NCBI GenBank assembly: GCA_973895155.1
Contig: OZ316892.1
Span: 14,066,861 to 14,130,860, forward strand
Reading direction: 5' to 3'
DNA: 64,000 bases
Source of the DNA: Marsupella aquatica
Lineage: Eukaryota; Plantae; Marchantiophyta
The number at the start of each line of letters is the position of its first letter. The first letter of the stretch is position 1. The translations under genes and the position numbers were made by a program. The notes under the pieces are model-generated. The model saw only the letters and a program-made list of their open reading frames with translations, was not told the origin of the DNA and made no database searches. Positions 39,401 to 52,762 of this stretch are shown here, in pieces.

Positions 39401-42400
39401 TGGACGGTGACGGGCATGGAACGTAAGATTCTGGCCTGGCTTGGTTTTGGTGGTCTAACTTCGGGTCGTGCCGTCGCTTCTGCCAATAGCAATTTGAATT
39501 CCATTCTCAATGCCGGAGCTTTTGTCTGTAGATTTTTATTCGAGTATTGTTGGAGATCGTCTTATTAGTTGATTTTGACGATATAGTGCCTTACTTCCGA
39601 GGAGAGGTACCACTATCTTGGGGGACATCGTTTCCACTCACGCTCTAACTAATTTGTGTTCGCACCTGCGTCTCGTAAGCGTGTACTTAGACGAGACAAG
39701 TAGAAAATCCTTGACGGGTACTTTGCTGTAGTGGGCGGCCCGGTATCATGAATCGCTGAATCTGCGTGATTGTTAATGAAAATTGTATTGCCGTATACCC
39801 GTCCTCTGCCATATTCACTGCCCTGGAGCTGGAGCCCCAGTTCTAGTTTAGCCTTTTGGCTCAGGAATACTTACAAACCAGTCTTGTCCTTTCTTGGAGC
39901 AGAGAGCAGAAGATCCCAGTCTCTAGATGGCTTGTGGAATGACCTCTCCAAGCCATTTGTTAACATCGCAGTTGGTGGCATTTCTCTTAACAATCTTGTG
40001 GATGGCTTCTGCAGGCACACGTCGTCAATTGCAGCCGGTAACCACGACGTTCCTGTGATGGTCGCCGGAGTTGACTACGGAAAAGCCAGTGGCATGGCTC
40101 CCCGTGCACGGTATGCCTCTAAGCGTCCCCCTGTCTCCGCTTCTCCTTTTGCTAGGATGTCTTCGTCTTGACTGTCGGATGTGTTGCGGTCACCGAAACG
40201 TTTTTTTGATGTGAGAGCTGGAGTCAAATTGTGTGCTCTGGTTTTGTAGCATTGCAGTATATAAAGCTCTCTACAGATCGTTCGGAGGGTTCAATGCAGA
40301 CGTGGTTGCAGCCATTGACAAGGTAAATGTCGTTACCTCGGTTGTGTTTTTGGTGTCATGTCTGCAACTGTGGAGGAGCAGAGGTTCCTTCCATTTATAA
40401 CTGGAACCTGTCATAATTGGAATTGCTATCTTTTGTCTATGTACCTTTTTGTGTTTTATGTCAGACTATACGATATCATCTATTATTCCAGACCAGGCGA
40501 AACCATCGCTTCTTGCGTAAGTGTCTTTGTGCTGAAGAGAGTGGGATTGGTTGCAGGCTGTACAAGATGGCGTTGATATTTTGAACCTGTCACTTGGTCC
40601 CAATAGTCCACCAGCAGACACAACCACCACCTATTTGAGTATATTTGACCTCGCCTGCCTAGCAGCTGCGAGGGCCGGTGTCCTTGTTGTCCAAGCTGCT
40701 GGAAATGGAGGACCTTATCCGCAAACTACACTCTCCTTCAGTCCTTGGATCGTAACCGTTGCAGCTGGTGTTGATGACCGGACATATCCAAACTACGTCG
40801 ACCTTGGAAATAATCAGAAGCTTGTGGGAGAAGGCCTCGCACGTGAGTTTTCGCATACGTGGCCTTGCTGACAGTTAGTCCTGAACGTTATGAGAATTGA
40901 CTATATTTTGTTGGTGTAGATCTGCTGTTCTTCTGGACGGGAGGGCCGCGCTGCTGACTTGTTATTCCGTTCTCGATGCTCTTAGAGCAATAATTGTTTT
41001 GGTGCAAACCTAATACAGACGGATGATGGACGATGTGTGTTTATGGAGGGGTCACAGCTCTTTTCTGACGTTGTGTTGTGCCCAAAATTGCAGCAAGTAC
41101 GCCTGGGAACCAAATGATCAAATTGGTTCTTGCACAGGATGCAGTCGTTGGTCCACCCAATCCCATCTACGACTCTAGTGATTGTCAGGACTCCACTGTC
41201 TTCAGCCAGGCCATGATATCTGGCAATATTCTCATTTGCACGTACTCTTTCAATTTCATATATGGAGGATCTACAATCAAGCGTGTTGAGGAAACTGCAG
41301 GTAATTTGTCTGCCGCCGGTTTTATAATGGTGGTACAAAGTGACACTGCTGGAAGTAGATTTGATCCCATTCCAATCACTGTTCCAGGAATCATCATCAC
41401 TTCCCAGAATAATTCTCAGGTGGGCATCAAACTTGCTTTTGGTATATGCACAATTGCCTAGTTGTCTGATGTCGTGTCTTTTAAACGTTGCCAGCGACGA
41501 CTTGGTTGGTCACACTTGCGGGGAGTTGAGTCCTTGTCTTGCATTCCGCTTGAATTTTAGTGCTCACGTACCAAGTCAGCATCCGGTTGCTTAAGATCAA
41601 CTTTGCGAAGTAGTAAAGAACAGTGGCAACGGTGGCTCCTCGTAAAGATATTAATCTCTTTGGTACTTCTTGGTTCGATTTGGATATGCAGATGCTTCTG
41701 GATTATTATAATGCGTCGACCGTGAGAGATGTAAAGGGTCAAGCACATTCCTTTGGAGCACAGGGTAAAATCGGAAATGGACAGAATGCAGTGTATAGTG
41801 GTACATCTCCAGTTGTGGCAGTGTATTCGTCGCGCGGTCCAGACATCAAAGATTTCAGTTTCAATAACGCAGACTTGTTGAAGCCAAACATTCTAGCACC
41901 CGGAACACTCATTTGGGGTGCTTGGAGCCCTGTTGGCATTGATCAGCAAGCGTTTATCGGTAAGGTTTCCTTCCCTGGTTGCCAATGTGCTGATATGTCC
42001 ACGAAAGTACTTTTTCTTAATTCAACCACCAAGCGGAGCCTCCCATCTACATTTACTTCCTTTGCATGTTGTCACTGACTTGTTCGTGTCTTGATTCTCA
42101 GGGGAGGAGTTTGCACTGATTTCAGGGACCAGTATGGCTACACCTCATATTGCAGGCGTTGCAGCTGTTCTGAAACAAAAGAACCCAATGTGGGGCCCTG
42201 CAATCCTGAACTCAGCGCTGTCAACAACAGCCTCAATATTTAATCCTGATGGCAGTCCTCTTCAAGCTCAACAGCTTTCGTTTGGTGGACAATCAGCTAA
42301 TATACTTGGGACTCCATTCGATTATGGGAGCGGTGCGGTAAATGCAACCGCAGCTCTTGATCCTGGAATCGTGTTTCAAGCAGGTTAGTGTTCTTCTCGA

Positions 42401-43319
42401 TGTCTAGTTATTGAATTGGCGGTGTCATATTTCGTCAAGCGTCCCTCCATGGAAAAGACTGTCTATCACGACCATGATGATGCGTGAAGGTTTTATCTCC
42501 ATGGTATTGAATGTAATCGAAAACTAAATTTGTTCTTTATGTCATTGTTTACCTCTCCCAAGGAAAGGTAGATATACATTTTGCTCTTCTGTCTCTCGTC
42601 TTGTGCTTAGAATGCTGGGTAAAATCTGCATGTGAGATCTTGCATGCCAGCTTTTTTCGCCTTTAGCATTTCATTCCTATACAGTGAAAGTACAGAATCT
42701 ATCTCCAGACCAGATGCAGAAGATTGTAATTTTAGTTTGTTCATTTGTTCCCTTGAGGGCAAGGATTTCCAAAGAAATTAAATTGCTCTTATGAGATTTT
42801 CTCTCTCGTCTTCTTAACGTTTGGGGACGTTGTGTTTTGAAGGTCTCTGTAATTTCTGGTTCGCGTTATCGTGTCCATGACAACTGATGTTAATTTTTTG
42901 CAGGATATGATGATTACATTAGATTTATTTGTGCCACTCCCGGGGTTAACTATGACTCTGTGCGCAATTTGACGGGGAGCACATGCAACTCTTCCTCAAG
43001 CTACCTGCCTACAGACTTGAATACCCCCTCCATCACTGTGGCTCAACTCAACGGTACAAGATCCTTCACTCGCACAGTCATGAGCATATTTAGTGGAACG
43101 GAGACCTACACACTAAATTGCCAGGAGCCTGTTGGCATTTCAGTAATGATACATCCACAGGTTTTCACGCTTTCACTAGATCAAGTAGTGTCTTTTACAG
43201 TCACACTAACAGTGAAGGTTAGCTCTTCACAATCTACATTTGGTGAGGTTTTCTTTAGTGGCGACAAGGGACATTTAGGACACATTCCAATTTCAATAAT
43301 TGCCTCTCAGGTGGCTTAG
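36499..43319 (+). CDS. Subtilisin-like serine protease, SBT2/SLP3/ALE1-like; exons 36499-36761, 38243-38390, 39028-39422, 40015-40110, 40250-40322, 40557-40842, 41094-41419, 41692-41959, 42102-42383, 42904-43319
   Basis: Signal peptide; I9 prodomain (YKKIYGYNHLINGFAV); TTHTPDYLGL; catalytic triad VDTG, HGTH, SGTSMATPH; PA domain; Fn3-like end (DLNTPSITV). Intron phases are consistent. Confidence 0.93.
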
Positions 43320-43716
43320 TTAGTTTCCTACCTGACCCAGCTTTATCCTCTTCCGTCCATGACGAGTTAATTCTTTTAACTAGCGACGTTTCTCAGCGGA
43401 AAGATCTCACGCGGTGATTGTTTTTACTAGAAAAGTTTAGGAAGTTCGGTACAGTAGAAAAAAGAGTGAAGTAATACTAGAGTGAAACTAGTTTTAAATC
43501 AACAATTTGCCTCACTAGAAAATATCTCCCAGAAAGGGATCCCATGGACGTGTCGACCCAGGCAGGCGAATTATAATTTTGCACGCTCTCCAGTCAGAAA
43601 ATTGAAACTGACTCACAAAATGAAGTGTCTGGAAGATAGGTGTTGAATGGCTCCGGAGCATAATGGTAAATGCACTTTTCTAGGTGTGCAATTTCATTAC
43701 GGGTTAAGTCAGCAAA

Positions 43717-43910
43717 TCCTCGGTTTGTCTTGTTCTCTTCGGAGGCATGTTTCGGTCATCCTTTTTCTTGCATCTATTACCCAGGGAAGTCGCTTAGTGT
43801 GGAATGCAGTTAAATGTTGAAATTGTCTTGTTCTCTGTAGGGCAGTTCGTGTTTCAGTCATCCTTTTCTTGCATCTATTACCCAGGGATGTGTACTTAAA
43901 TGTGTGGAAT
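43717..43910. repeat. ~100-bp tandem duplication
   Basis: TTGTCTTGTTCTCT...GTTTC.GTCATCCTTTT.CTTGCATCTATTACCCAGGGA...GTGGAATG occurs twice. Confidence 0.8.
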
Positions 43911-44738
43911 GTACACATCATTTAAATGAAGAAATCAGAGCGTGGATGTGTTTATTATTCCGGTTGATTAATCAGACTACAGAGCTATCTACTGGTTACA
44001 CTCTGTTTGAACCTCATGCACCCTCTACTCGAGATGGTACTGCCCTTAGCAATCCCGTGTACAAAACCCTGGGAATCTGATCTCTTCGTACTTGCGAATG
44101 TGATTCTTTCTGAAGCTCATCTTGCAAACCGTGCTCTATCCCAGGAATCTGTAATGGTATCCAAAACTCTTGTGAAACGAGTGCCATCTAGTTGGGCATA
44201 TCTCCTAAACAATTTCAAGACAATAGTGCAGCTATCCGTAGACTTGGGCTTCACTTAGTGCCAAATTGGACAACAACCAATCCTCTGGCATGACTGGTGA
44301 CCAAATCCTTGGCAAAAAGTGGCTTAACCATGAATGTTCGGTGCCTGTTTATTGAGGAAAAGTGGCTGTCAGGGATGAATAGTCACAACACGAAATGAAA
44401 GACTACCAACGAAAATTTTGTGATAAGCATGTCACGAAAAAATTCAAAACAAACACCAGTTATGATCTGAGCATTCCTTTCCCAGCACAAGTCTATATCA
44501 CACTTTCATATAGTGTCAAACTACAAACAGAAGATACTAGGCTAGAAGTCAGATATCAGTAGTGATCAATATCCAAAGTGTGTATTGTACGTATCTTAGT
44601 GTGACTCGCACTAAGAACAAATATTACCAATTGACTCTCTTTTTCAAATTTTGGTTGGATAGTCTCTTCTTGTTCGCTGGAGAAGTGTGAGAAAAGTAAC
44701 TCTTCTTTATGTTGGGTTTCAGTTAAACCGCCACTGTC

Positions 44739-44818
44739 CACTACAAAAACCTGGTTATACCAGGTTTCTTAATATAGACGAATTTTCAGCTTTGTGTTGA
44801 TGAATGATGCAGGCTTTG
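44739..44818 (+). mobile_element. Putative CACTA terminus, interrupted after 80 bp by an LTR element
   Basis: CACTACAAAAA overlapping the perfect hairpin AAACCTGGT-TAT-ACCAGGTTT. The partner TIR was not found. Confidence 0.45.
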
Positions 44819-47800
44819 TGTTGAGGAATGATGCGGAAAATGATAATGAGATTCCTCTCTGTAGAATGAATGGGTACATCTTTTTATATAGTCTCCGTTC
44901 GAGTTATTTTCTATGGTAACTATGGTTAAGGTAACCATGGAGTCTAGTTAGGGTATAACACTCCCCCTTGACTATATAATGATAACTATGTAGACAAAAA
45001 GTTTTCTAACTAAATTATATACTTATAAACATGGCATAATTTGAGTACAAATGAGGAAGGTACTGTCTCGTTAAAACCTTTAACAGCTCTAAAAAACTCT
45101 ATCAGGGTAACAGAGAAAAAAATATATATCTCGGCTCTAAAGGAAAAAGAGCACAGCCCTGTCGGTCCTCAAGTGAATCCGGTGGTATGTGGAGTTAATA
45201 GTAACAACTTCACTCCGTCAAAATGAACAAGTTGTCGTATGCTCAACGACTCAACAACAACGCGACATGTCTCCAAATCGCTCACCATCACGCATACATC
45301 CGCACATACATCCTCGCATCGAATACAAATTAAAACATATATGAAAAAATGATTAGTAATTAAGTTATTATCATAAAATCACTTGTCCGTGGCTCATCTG
45401 GGCAAAGTGTAAAGTATAATAATAAATAATGTCATCTCGTGCAACTGAGTGCGTAAAGTATGGGATGTAAAAAGTCCGAAAAATATGATCTCCCCCTCAA
45501 AACAAGGTTTCGAGGAATATATTATTCTCGTAAAACTCAAATATCGAAACTCTCCCTTAGAGTTCAAGGACTCCTAATTAGATTCTTAAATAGAGGGTTC
45601 TTGTGCAAAATGCACAATTCGCAAGCGTGTGTAGTCGACACACAAAGAAATCTCTCAATCTTAGATTTCAAAAACATGTAGTATCAAATAGTTTTTATAT
45701 GAAAAATAATCTGCAGCACCAAAGGGTGTGCATTCACAACACCAGCGGGTGTGTGTATAATATGGCACGTCTGCCCTGCACGTCTGCAGTTCTCATATTT
45801 TGACAAAAAGTGTCAAGTCAATATAACTTCACAAATAACCCTGTGGAGTCCAAACATTTAGTCGAACGTCCATGTGTGTCATAGCACAGAAAAATGCTAG
45901 CTCAAAATGATTCGCTATCTTGCAGAGGTAAAGTGATATTCATAAACGTCAAACAACTCCGCATAAAAATAGTTTAGAGCTAGTGATAGTCAAAAGATCC
46001 CACTTAATGATCAAGTACCAAAATGTACTCGTAGTGGATAAATCAAGTGTGATTGGGGTTTGAGAAAATAAACTTTCTCCCCCTAAATATGCATTTTATG
46101 CATATATTATAGTTGAAAGCTAGAATTAAGTTGGACCGGACAAAGTTATGGGGTTTGCCCATATTAACCCCTCATTACTCATTCTCATTTGAGTTTACTT
46201 TGGGTTTCTAAATATTCGCAGTTAAACCCCTAAAGGGTTATTGATTATCCGCTTTTGGATATGGCCGGAAATTAAGGTCATGGAACTAACCTGAAGTACT
46301 GTACCTTAGATTATTCTGGATCTTTCGTGAGAAACATATCTGCCATCGATCACTAGATCTCAGAAAATCTATACCTTACCAAAATACCTCAAAAACTAGG
46401 TCATAGAGCATGGTTAAAGGTATGGTATTAGTTCCATACCTAAAAACTATCATCCCACCGAACGATGGCTATAAAAGCTCTCGTTGGAGTTGTTTATGGT
46501 GTAAAGACTGTGAGGATAAGGCCCTTAAATAAGATATTGCCCTAATGTGGGGTGTAAATGGGTGTAAACCCATGTCAATTGGTGTAAAAGTTGTAAATGG
46601 TCAATTTACACACAAAAAGTGTATGGACCAAAGTTTACTCCCCCTGATGGTGTAAATTGGTGTAAACCAGTATAAATGCTATAAGCAAGTGTAATCTGGT
46701 GTAAACAAGTATAAACCCAATGTAAAGCATGGGATTATACAATGGTAAGACATACACCAGTGTAAACTGGTGTCATGAAGTATAATCTAGAATGGTATCA
46801 TTAGGTGTAAACTAGGGGTGTAAAATGGTGTAAAAACCATTTTGTGATTGAAATGGGTGTAACAACCACTTTGTAAATGGAAAGTAGAGGTATTTGGTAT
46901 AAAACCATTATTTCCAATGTGCAAAGTCAAGTAAGGGTGGTATGATATGTAAATATGTCAAATGCATGTAAAGCATGTGTTGCACATGTAAGGCATGTTA
47001 ATGTATGCGAATTCAACAAGTGACATGTAATTTCCCTAAACCAGTTGATGTGTTTATATGTGTAAACTGTGTAAATTGCTGTGTAAATTTGCAATGTGCA
47101 CTTATCATTTTCCATTTCATTTGTTTATCCATAAGTGCAAAACATCCGTTGTCAACAAGATTTTCTTTGTTAATATGTGCATATATGGATAGTTTTTCAA
47201 AAATGAAGATTTTGCACTGAAACACATGGGATTCTCTTGTCTTTGGGTAAGTGCACCCAAGCATTTGTATTTCAGAAACTCTTTACTATACTGTGCATTT
47301 AATGAGGGTTGCACTTATCTGGTGTTCGAGTTTTTCTCGAGGATTTTGAGATCGAATGTTGCATGTTTAAGTCACTCATGTGTGTCTCTTGAAATCTCAC
47401 TTGTCGCTTTGGCTCATTCTTTGATTGCGATCAGCTTCTCAGGCTCATTCTTGGACAAGCACAACATTCCATATTTAGGATTCAAAAAATGCTATCAGAT
47501 CTAGACCCCACAATGATGATTCGTTTCTTTCGCTGGATGTCATCTCCCGTACGTTCACAACCAAAGCCAAGATGTTCTTCCTCCACGACATTTGCTTCTA
47601 TCTTCTCCAATTTGATACGACTGTATCAAATGGCTCTTATTGGAATCTTCATTGAATCAGCAAACGACCAATTCAACATCTATGTTTGGCCTCTTGTAAT
47701 GCCTGTACTTCACTCGATCGTGTGTAATGGGCATTTCCTTTCCTCCTTTATGGCTCGCAGATCGACCAACAAGAAACTGTCAGCGGTTGAGCAACATTAT

Positions 47801-48471
47801 GGAATTCAGGGAAAGAGAAGGCGCCTGCGTTCGTCCCTTATGAGGTTAGGGTTTTGAAAAATTTTCTTATGATCCCGATCGGGTCCTGATTTGCTCTCGA
47901 TCCACCCGGCTTCATTCATCGCCTCGAGTGATTTAGGTTGATCTGGCCTGGTTGGGTAGAAGGAAGCAGCGCGGCTGAACTTGATCTCTCTTGCCTCAGC
48001 CATAGCTTTCCACTTGACTCAAATCATTGCCTTGAATACTGCTTTCCCACACGATCTTCAGAATCACCCTTCAAAACAAAATTTCTTTAGATCATATCAC
48101 AGCCTTCATAAGCTTGCTCTCGACGCGACCACAATGCTACATCGTGTCGTTGCTTCATCATGACTCATGTTCTCTTGGTGGTTCAAACTACTAGCCTTCT
48201 CACTCCCAATTCAATTCTCCTCCATAACTTGGAAATCCTTAAGAGAACATTCATTCATCATAGCCATAGGGAAATTCCTAAAAAAAAATCATGATCAAGC
48301 TCAGCTGGTCTAGAGTCGTGCTGATAACGTGTTGAGGAATGATGCGGGAAATGATAATGAGATTCCTCTCTATAGAATGAATGGGTACATCTCTTTATAT
48401 AGTCTCCGTCCGAGTTATCCTATACGGTAACTATGGTTAAGGTAACCATGGAGTCTAGTTAGGGTATAACA
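44819..48471 (-). mobile_element. Non-autonomous Ty1/copia-type (Bianca-like) LTR retrotransposon, 3.65 kb
   Basis: 142-bp TG...CA LTRs at 44819-44960 and 48330-48471 (8 mismatches by my count). TSD CTTTG on both sides. PPT AGTCAAGGGGGAG (minus) next to the left LTR and PBS CGTTATCAGCACGAC next to the right LTR. No intact gag-pol ORF. Confidence 0.92.
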
Positions 48472-50532
48472 CTTTGGGCATTCCCGACTCTTTTTGGCGG
48501 GGTCACTTTTTGGTACGGTCACCTCTACACCTGTCACAGAGTCTACTCATTTTACGGAGGGCGCAAGTTTTCAGAAGCCTAGGTGGGCAAGCCCTCTCGC
48601 CCACCTAGGCCAGTGTCCAGAGCAGAGATGCTTTACTCCTCACATGCTGGTGTGTGTCCAGAGCACAGTCGATCAGCGATGTCACACGTCCACCTCAACT
48701 TTACAGATTCAAATGATTGTGAGGTGACCAGATTTCACAAACGGAGTCCCTTCAAGGCATCTCCTGTGATGGACAGTCGGCAGTGGGAGTGGGCACTCGT
48801 TTGGCGCAGGAGCACTCAAAATAGGACATAAAGGATCAAGCACGTCTGTCCATTTCATTCAATGCAAGTAGAGAACCTTTCTATTGACATACACAAGAAC
48901 GTCAATAGGAACGGAAACGACTCGTTGGGAGCTCAGGACCCTAACCGTAAGTATATGTTTACACCGTAATTGCAGGTTGCAATATAGTTGAGTTACACAC
49001 CACAACACAAACATGGCTGGAATTCTCACTGATGAGCAGCTTGGGCAACTAACAACTACTATGTAACACGTTTACACTCTTGCATTCCCTCCCTCCCTTC
49101 TAAAGTACCTCTTCTATCGTCGCCGCAAAGGCCAAAGATCGGAGGTGAAAGACTGTGAGACCTCACTCAAACTCCCCGATCTTGATGAACAACCACAAGC
49201 TCGATCGATCTGCCAAGAACGACTGTGGAAGAACCCTCTTTCTCACTCCGCTTCTGGTCCAAATCCCTGGCCGAGAGATTCACTTGACATGAATCACCAG
49301 TGACACCACACCGCCATGTGCGCAAGCGCTTCCACCACGGTGAACACTTCTAATTGAATCTTGTCATTCTATCAGAGGAGAGCGGTCTCCGCCATCCCCA
49401 TGCTGTGCGTCAACAGGCAACCTTCCAGCGCCCGCCTCTCTCCCTCGGACGGATTCGTTATTTGTGGTGACTTCTACAGATAACATCAACAGGATCAAAA
49501 TCGTATGAGCATTGATCCTTCGCACTCCTCTTTGTTCATAAGAGCATTGATCCTGTCAAAGTAGCCCTTTCATGATTATAATCTGCAGGAATTGACTACC
49601 GCAATAGAGATTATTGAAACAATAGGACATATAACACTAAGTCAACCAAGTAAGCTCGATCTCTTGTGATTATAACCCTCCAAAATTGAATGGATGGACC
49701 ACCACAATATGCTGCTACTGGGACTCACAACTAGCCCAATAGAGAGTGCGTCAAAATTCTCAATCCCTCTTGAGGTAACGACAGTGCCTGTGATCAACTT
49801 TCAGGAATTCTACATTGAAGCTCTAATTACCATTCACTCTGCAAAATGGTGTACCAACCTTGCTAGCCGAAAAGTAGAACTAGTTTGGCTCGTTTTAGGA
49901 TCTTCAACTCAATTGCCGCCCTGGGCTTCGTTATAATAGGAAGTGAACATCAAGTTTTCCCATTCTGTCAATCCACTACTTGGGCAACATCTATCCAATA
50001 CACTCTCTGCACGGGTCTTTGCATACCTGTGGACGAGTGCATCAGCCACACGCAAATCCGGAATGCTGCTACGAATCTTTCTATGGCCAATCACACTCAA
50101 TTACTTGGCCTCTCATCTGGGCGCCCATCCTGTGTGTCAATTCAAGTATCCTATTAACAATTTGCGCTACTGTGGCCAGTGACGCTCACAGTAACGCCTT
50201 GCCCATGCCTACGCTCACAGTAACGCCTTGCCCATGATGGCTACTATGCTTGTTCCCATGCCTATTGTGCTTGTTCACAGCTCTATACTTCCATAATCGG
50301 GTCTAGCTTTTTGGGTTTACGACCAAAAATGTGTAGTTGGTTGTACTGCGTGCTTCTCACTGTTTTCAACACTTTGCGACTCCAGTAAGAAGGGCGGGCA
50401 TGCTTCGAGTACACTAGCTAAACTTGGTCGTGCGCTAGCCTACTCCTTGTGTTTACTTAGGACACTTCAGGAAGAAGGGGAAGAAGGGCATGCTTGAACT
50501 ACTCACAAACTACTCACGAACTACTCACGCAG

Positions 50533-50630
50533 CTCATTTTCTCTGTTCCTTGGTCGTTCGCTCATTTTGTTCTTCGATCCGCCTCATTTTCTCTGTTCCT
50601 TGGTCGTTCGCTCATTTGGTTCTTCGATCG
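50533..50630. repeat. ~50-bp tandem duplication
   Basis: CTCATTTTCTCTGTTCCTTGGTCGTTCGCTCATTT.GTTCTTCGATC occurs twice. Confidence 0.85.
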
Positions 50631-51045
50631 GCCGTTCTGTTGTTCTCATCCCTTCAGAGTAGACTTACCCGAGTTATTGAAGGGGTTATCTATCACCTTG
50701 CAATCGGCATGAATAATTCAAGGTACATTCAAGCAAGCATGCCTACAATTTTAAATTTCTCTTCCAATTGACCAAAGGCCCTCAATAATTTATGCATGCA
50801 TAAAACTTGCTACTTATCCTTCATATTCTTCTTGGTCATGTTTGCATTTCCGTGTGGCCAGTTTGCATCCATATAGTTTGCCTACCTTGGCAAAATATGT
50901 GAATTTGTTTATAATTGACTTTCCTTCATGCACGCATAAACCTTGCTTGTTGTTGCTCAATTTGATGTACAATATAACTTCCATCTAACAACAATTACCT
51001 GGCTTACTTTTCTAGGGATACTAACTACATGTGTTCAATTTCCTA

Positions 51046-51458
51046 TGTTTGGTAGGAGTGCCGAGCATCAGAACAGACCGGCGGAGTTGATCTCCTATGG
51101 AGATGACATATATCACTTATCATGGCCTGTTCCTCCATCGGGACGTCGGAAATTCCGATTGTTGAGGCATGCTGACATAGTTGCTAGGTTCCCGGTTTTT
51201 TGCACAGCGATAGACGATAACCTTCACGACCTCAACTCTGCCCAGGTTCTTTCCCCTGCGACAACTGAAGCGTTTCATATGTGTGCCGCATGGGCATACA
51301 CTGAAACTGTTCCTTGTCGACAAAGGTATGTTGTGTATCGCAAACTAGCATATGTTGCTAGCTTTGCGGAGAGAACACCCTTCCCAGCAGCTGTCACAGC
51401 TGCAGTGCAGTCCACGTGGGAACTACCGGGCAAACAACATGTGGGTTTCCGATTTTAG
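51046..51458 (+). CDS. Small ORF or terminal exon with a P2RX7_C/KolX-like C-terminal motif, probably a transposon accessory protein
   Basis: Ends RYVVYRKLAYVASFAERTPFPAAVTAAVQSTWELPGKQHVGFRF*, following the R..YR...R.P.P..V...I...fP...g.Y.GF pattern. Recognised by eye only. Confidence 0.45.
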
Positions 51459-51645
51459 GTTTCTTAGTTGTGTTTTTTTTCATTTCGTCATTGTTCTTTC
51501 ATCACTTGAGTTAATTTTTCATGTGTTTTTTGTTGCACCAGTTTTTTTCATGTTTGTTTCACATGTGCCTCCTTTCCTTTCCCAATCGCAAGTGTAAATA
51601 ACTTGGGAGTTGCTAAGCAAACACCATGTTGGTGTATGCCTTTAG

Positions 51646-51915
51646 TGTTGAGCATAGACCACATTTGTAACGGCAAGCCCATGAACCATCCAACTCACGA
51701 TAGTCGACACAGAGAGATACGTGGTTCACCTCCACATGAGGCTACGTCTACGGGAACACACAAGAGCTTTACTGCACTCTAGGCCGACCGGCCATACCAA
51801 GCATCCACAGCACAAGCTCTCCCTATCTCTCAACTAGCTCCGTAACAATGAGCCTAAGTTCCACCAGGGTCTGGCATCAGCCCTGGCTATATACACAACA
51901 GCACTACCGCTAACA
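51646..51915. mobile_element. Solo LTR (copia-like)
   Basis: TGTTGAGC...GCTAACA inverted ends flanked by TTAG on both sides; internal GATACGTGGTTCAC...GGCTACGTCTACGG motif typical of copia LTRs. Confidence 0.65.
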
Positions 51916-52762
51916 TTAGCTAAGTCCCCTAGGCCCTCACTGTGTGTATATTAATGAAACCCACCTGTGAACGACCCCCTCTCCAAAACCCTTCAGTACT
52001 ATTTTTTGTCCTTTTAAAAAACTCTTGTTAATATTAATAAATTATTTTTGGACCATTAATAAAGCCCTTTGGGCTATTATAATCATCACCAAAAGATCAT
52101 TAAATATGCCCTTCGCGTATTATAAAAAAATAATGTTGAGATTCTGAATTGGAAAAATTGAAATATACATATATCATTCTGAGAATAACATATATTTTAT
52201 GTACACATTTCCTCGTACACATGCATTTCCTCAAGAAAATAAGGAGGCACATAAGAGTCAAAGATCATGCAAGTAAAGCTTATAGTTGGAACACAATGTA
52301 GTTAGTCCTATAGTTCCTGTAAATCTAAACCTCCCCCAAACTTCTATCTAATCATTTTTCACTAAAATGATAATTTTCACCAAAGCACGTAAATAACTCT
52401 GGTTTAAAGCACTCTCTCAGATATCATGTTTGATATCCTTCATCGGAAGCAACATGCTTTTAAAACACCTTTGTCGACTTGACCTCCTCTTCCTTAGGGG
52501 GCCAAGTATGGCCATACACTTCTTAGTTGATCCTCTAGAAAATATCATCTTCTAGAAAATACCATAATGCTGCAACTGGTCAAAACAACTTTGTCCCTGA
52601 ACAATAGGAAACCACATATTCATTAACATTTCATGGAATGACTCACGTTTGCTTAGAAATTGAACATTAAATAACATTCAAAACCAGATTCTAAACCTAG
52701 ACACAAATTTTCTACAGTAAAATAACAAATCAATTTGACAATTTACTTACCAAATATCACAT

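Noticed and set aside
48298-48329. tRNA-Ile gene
   Set aside because: Only the D-arm to anticodon portion; it lacks acceptor stem and T-arm and sits at the PBS position.
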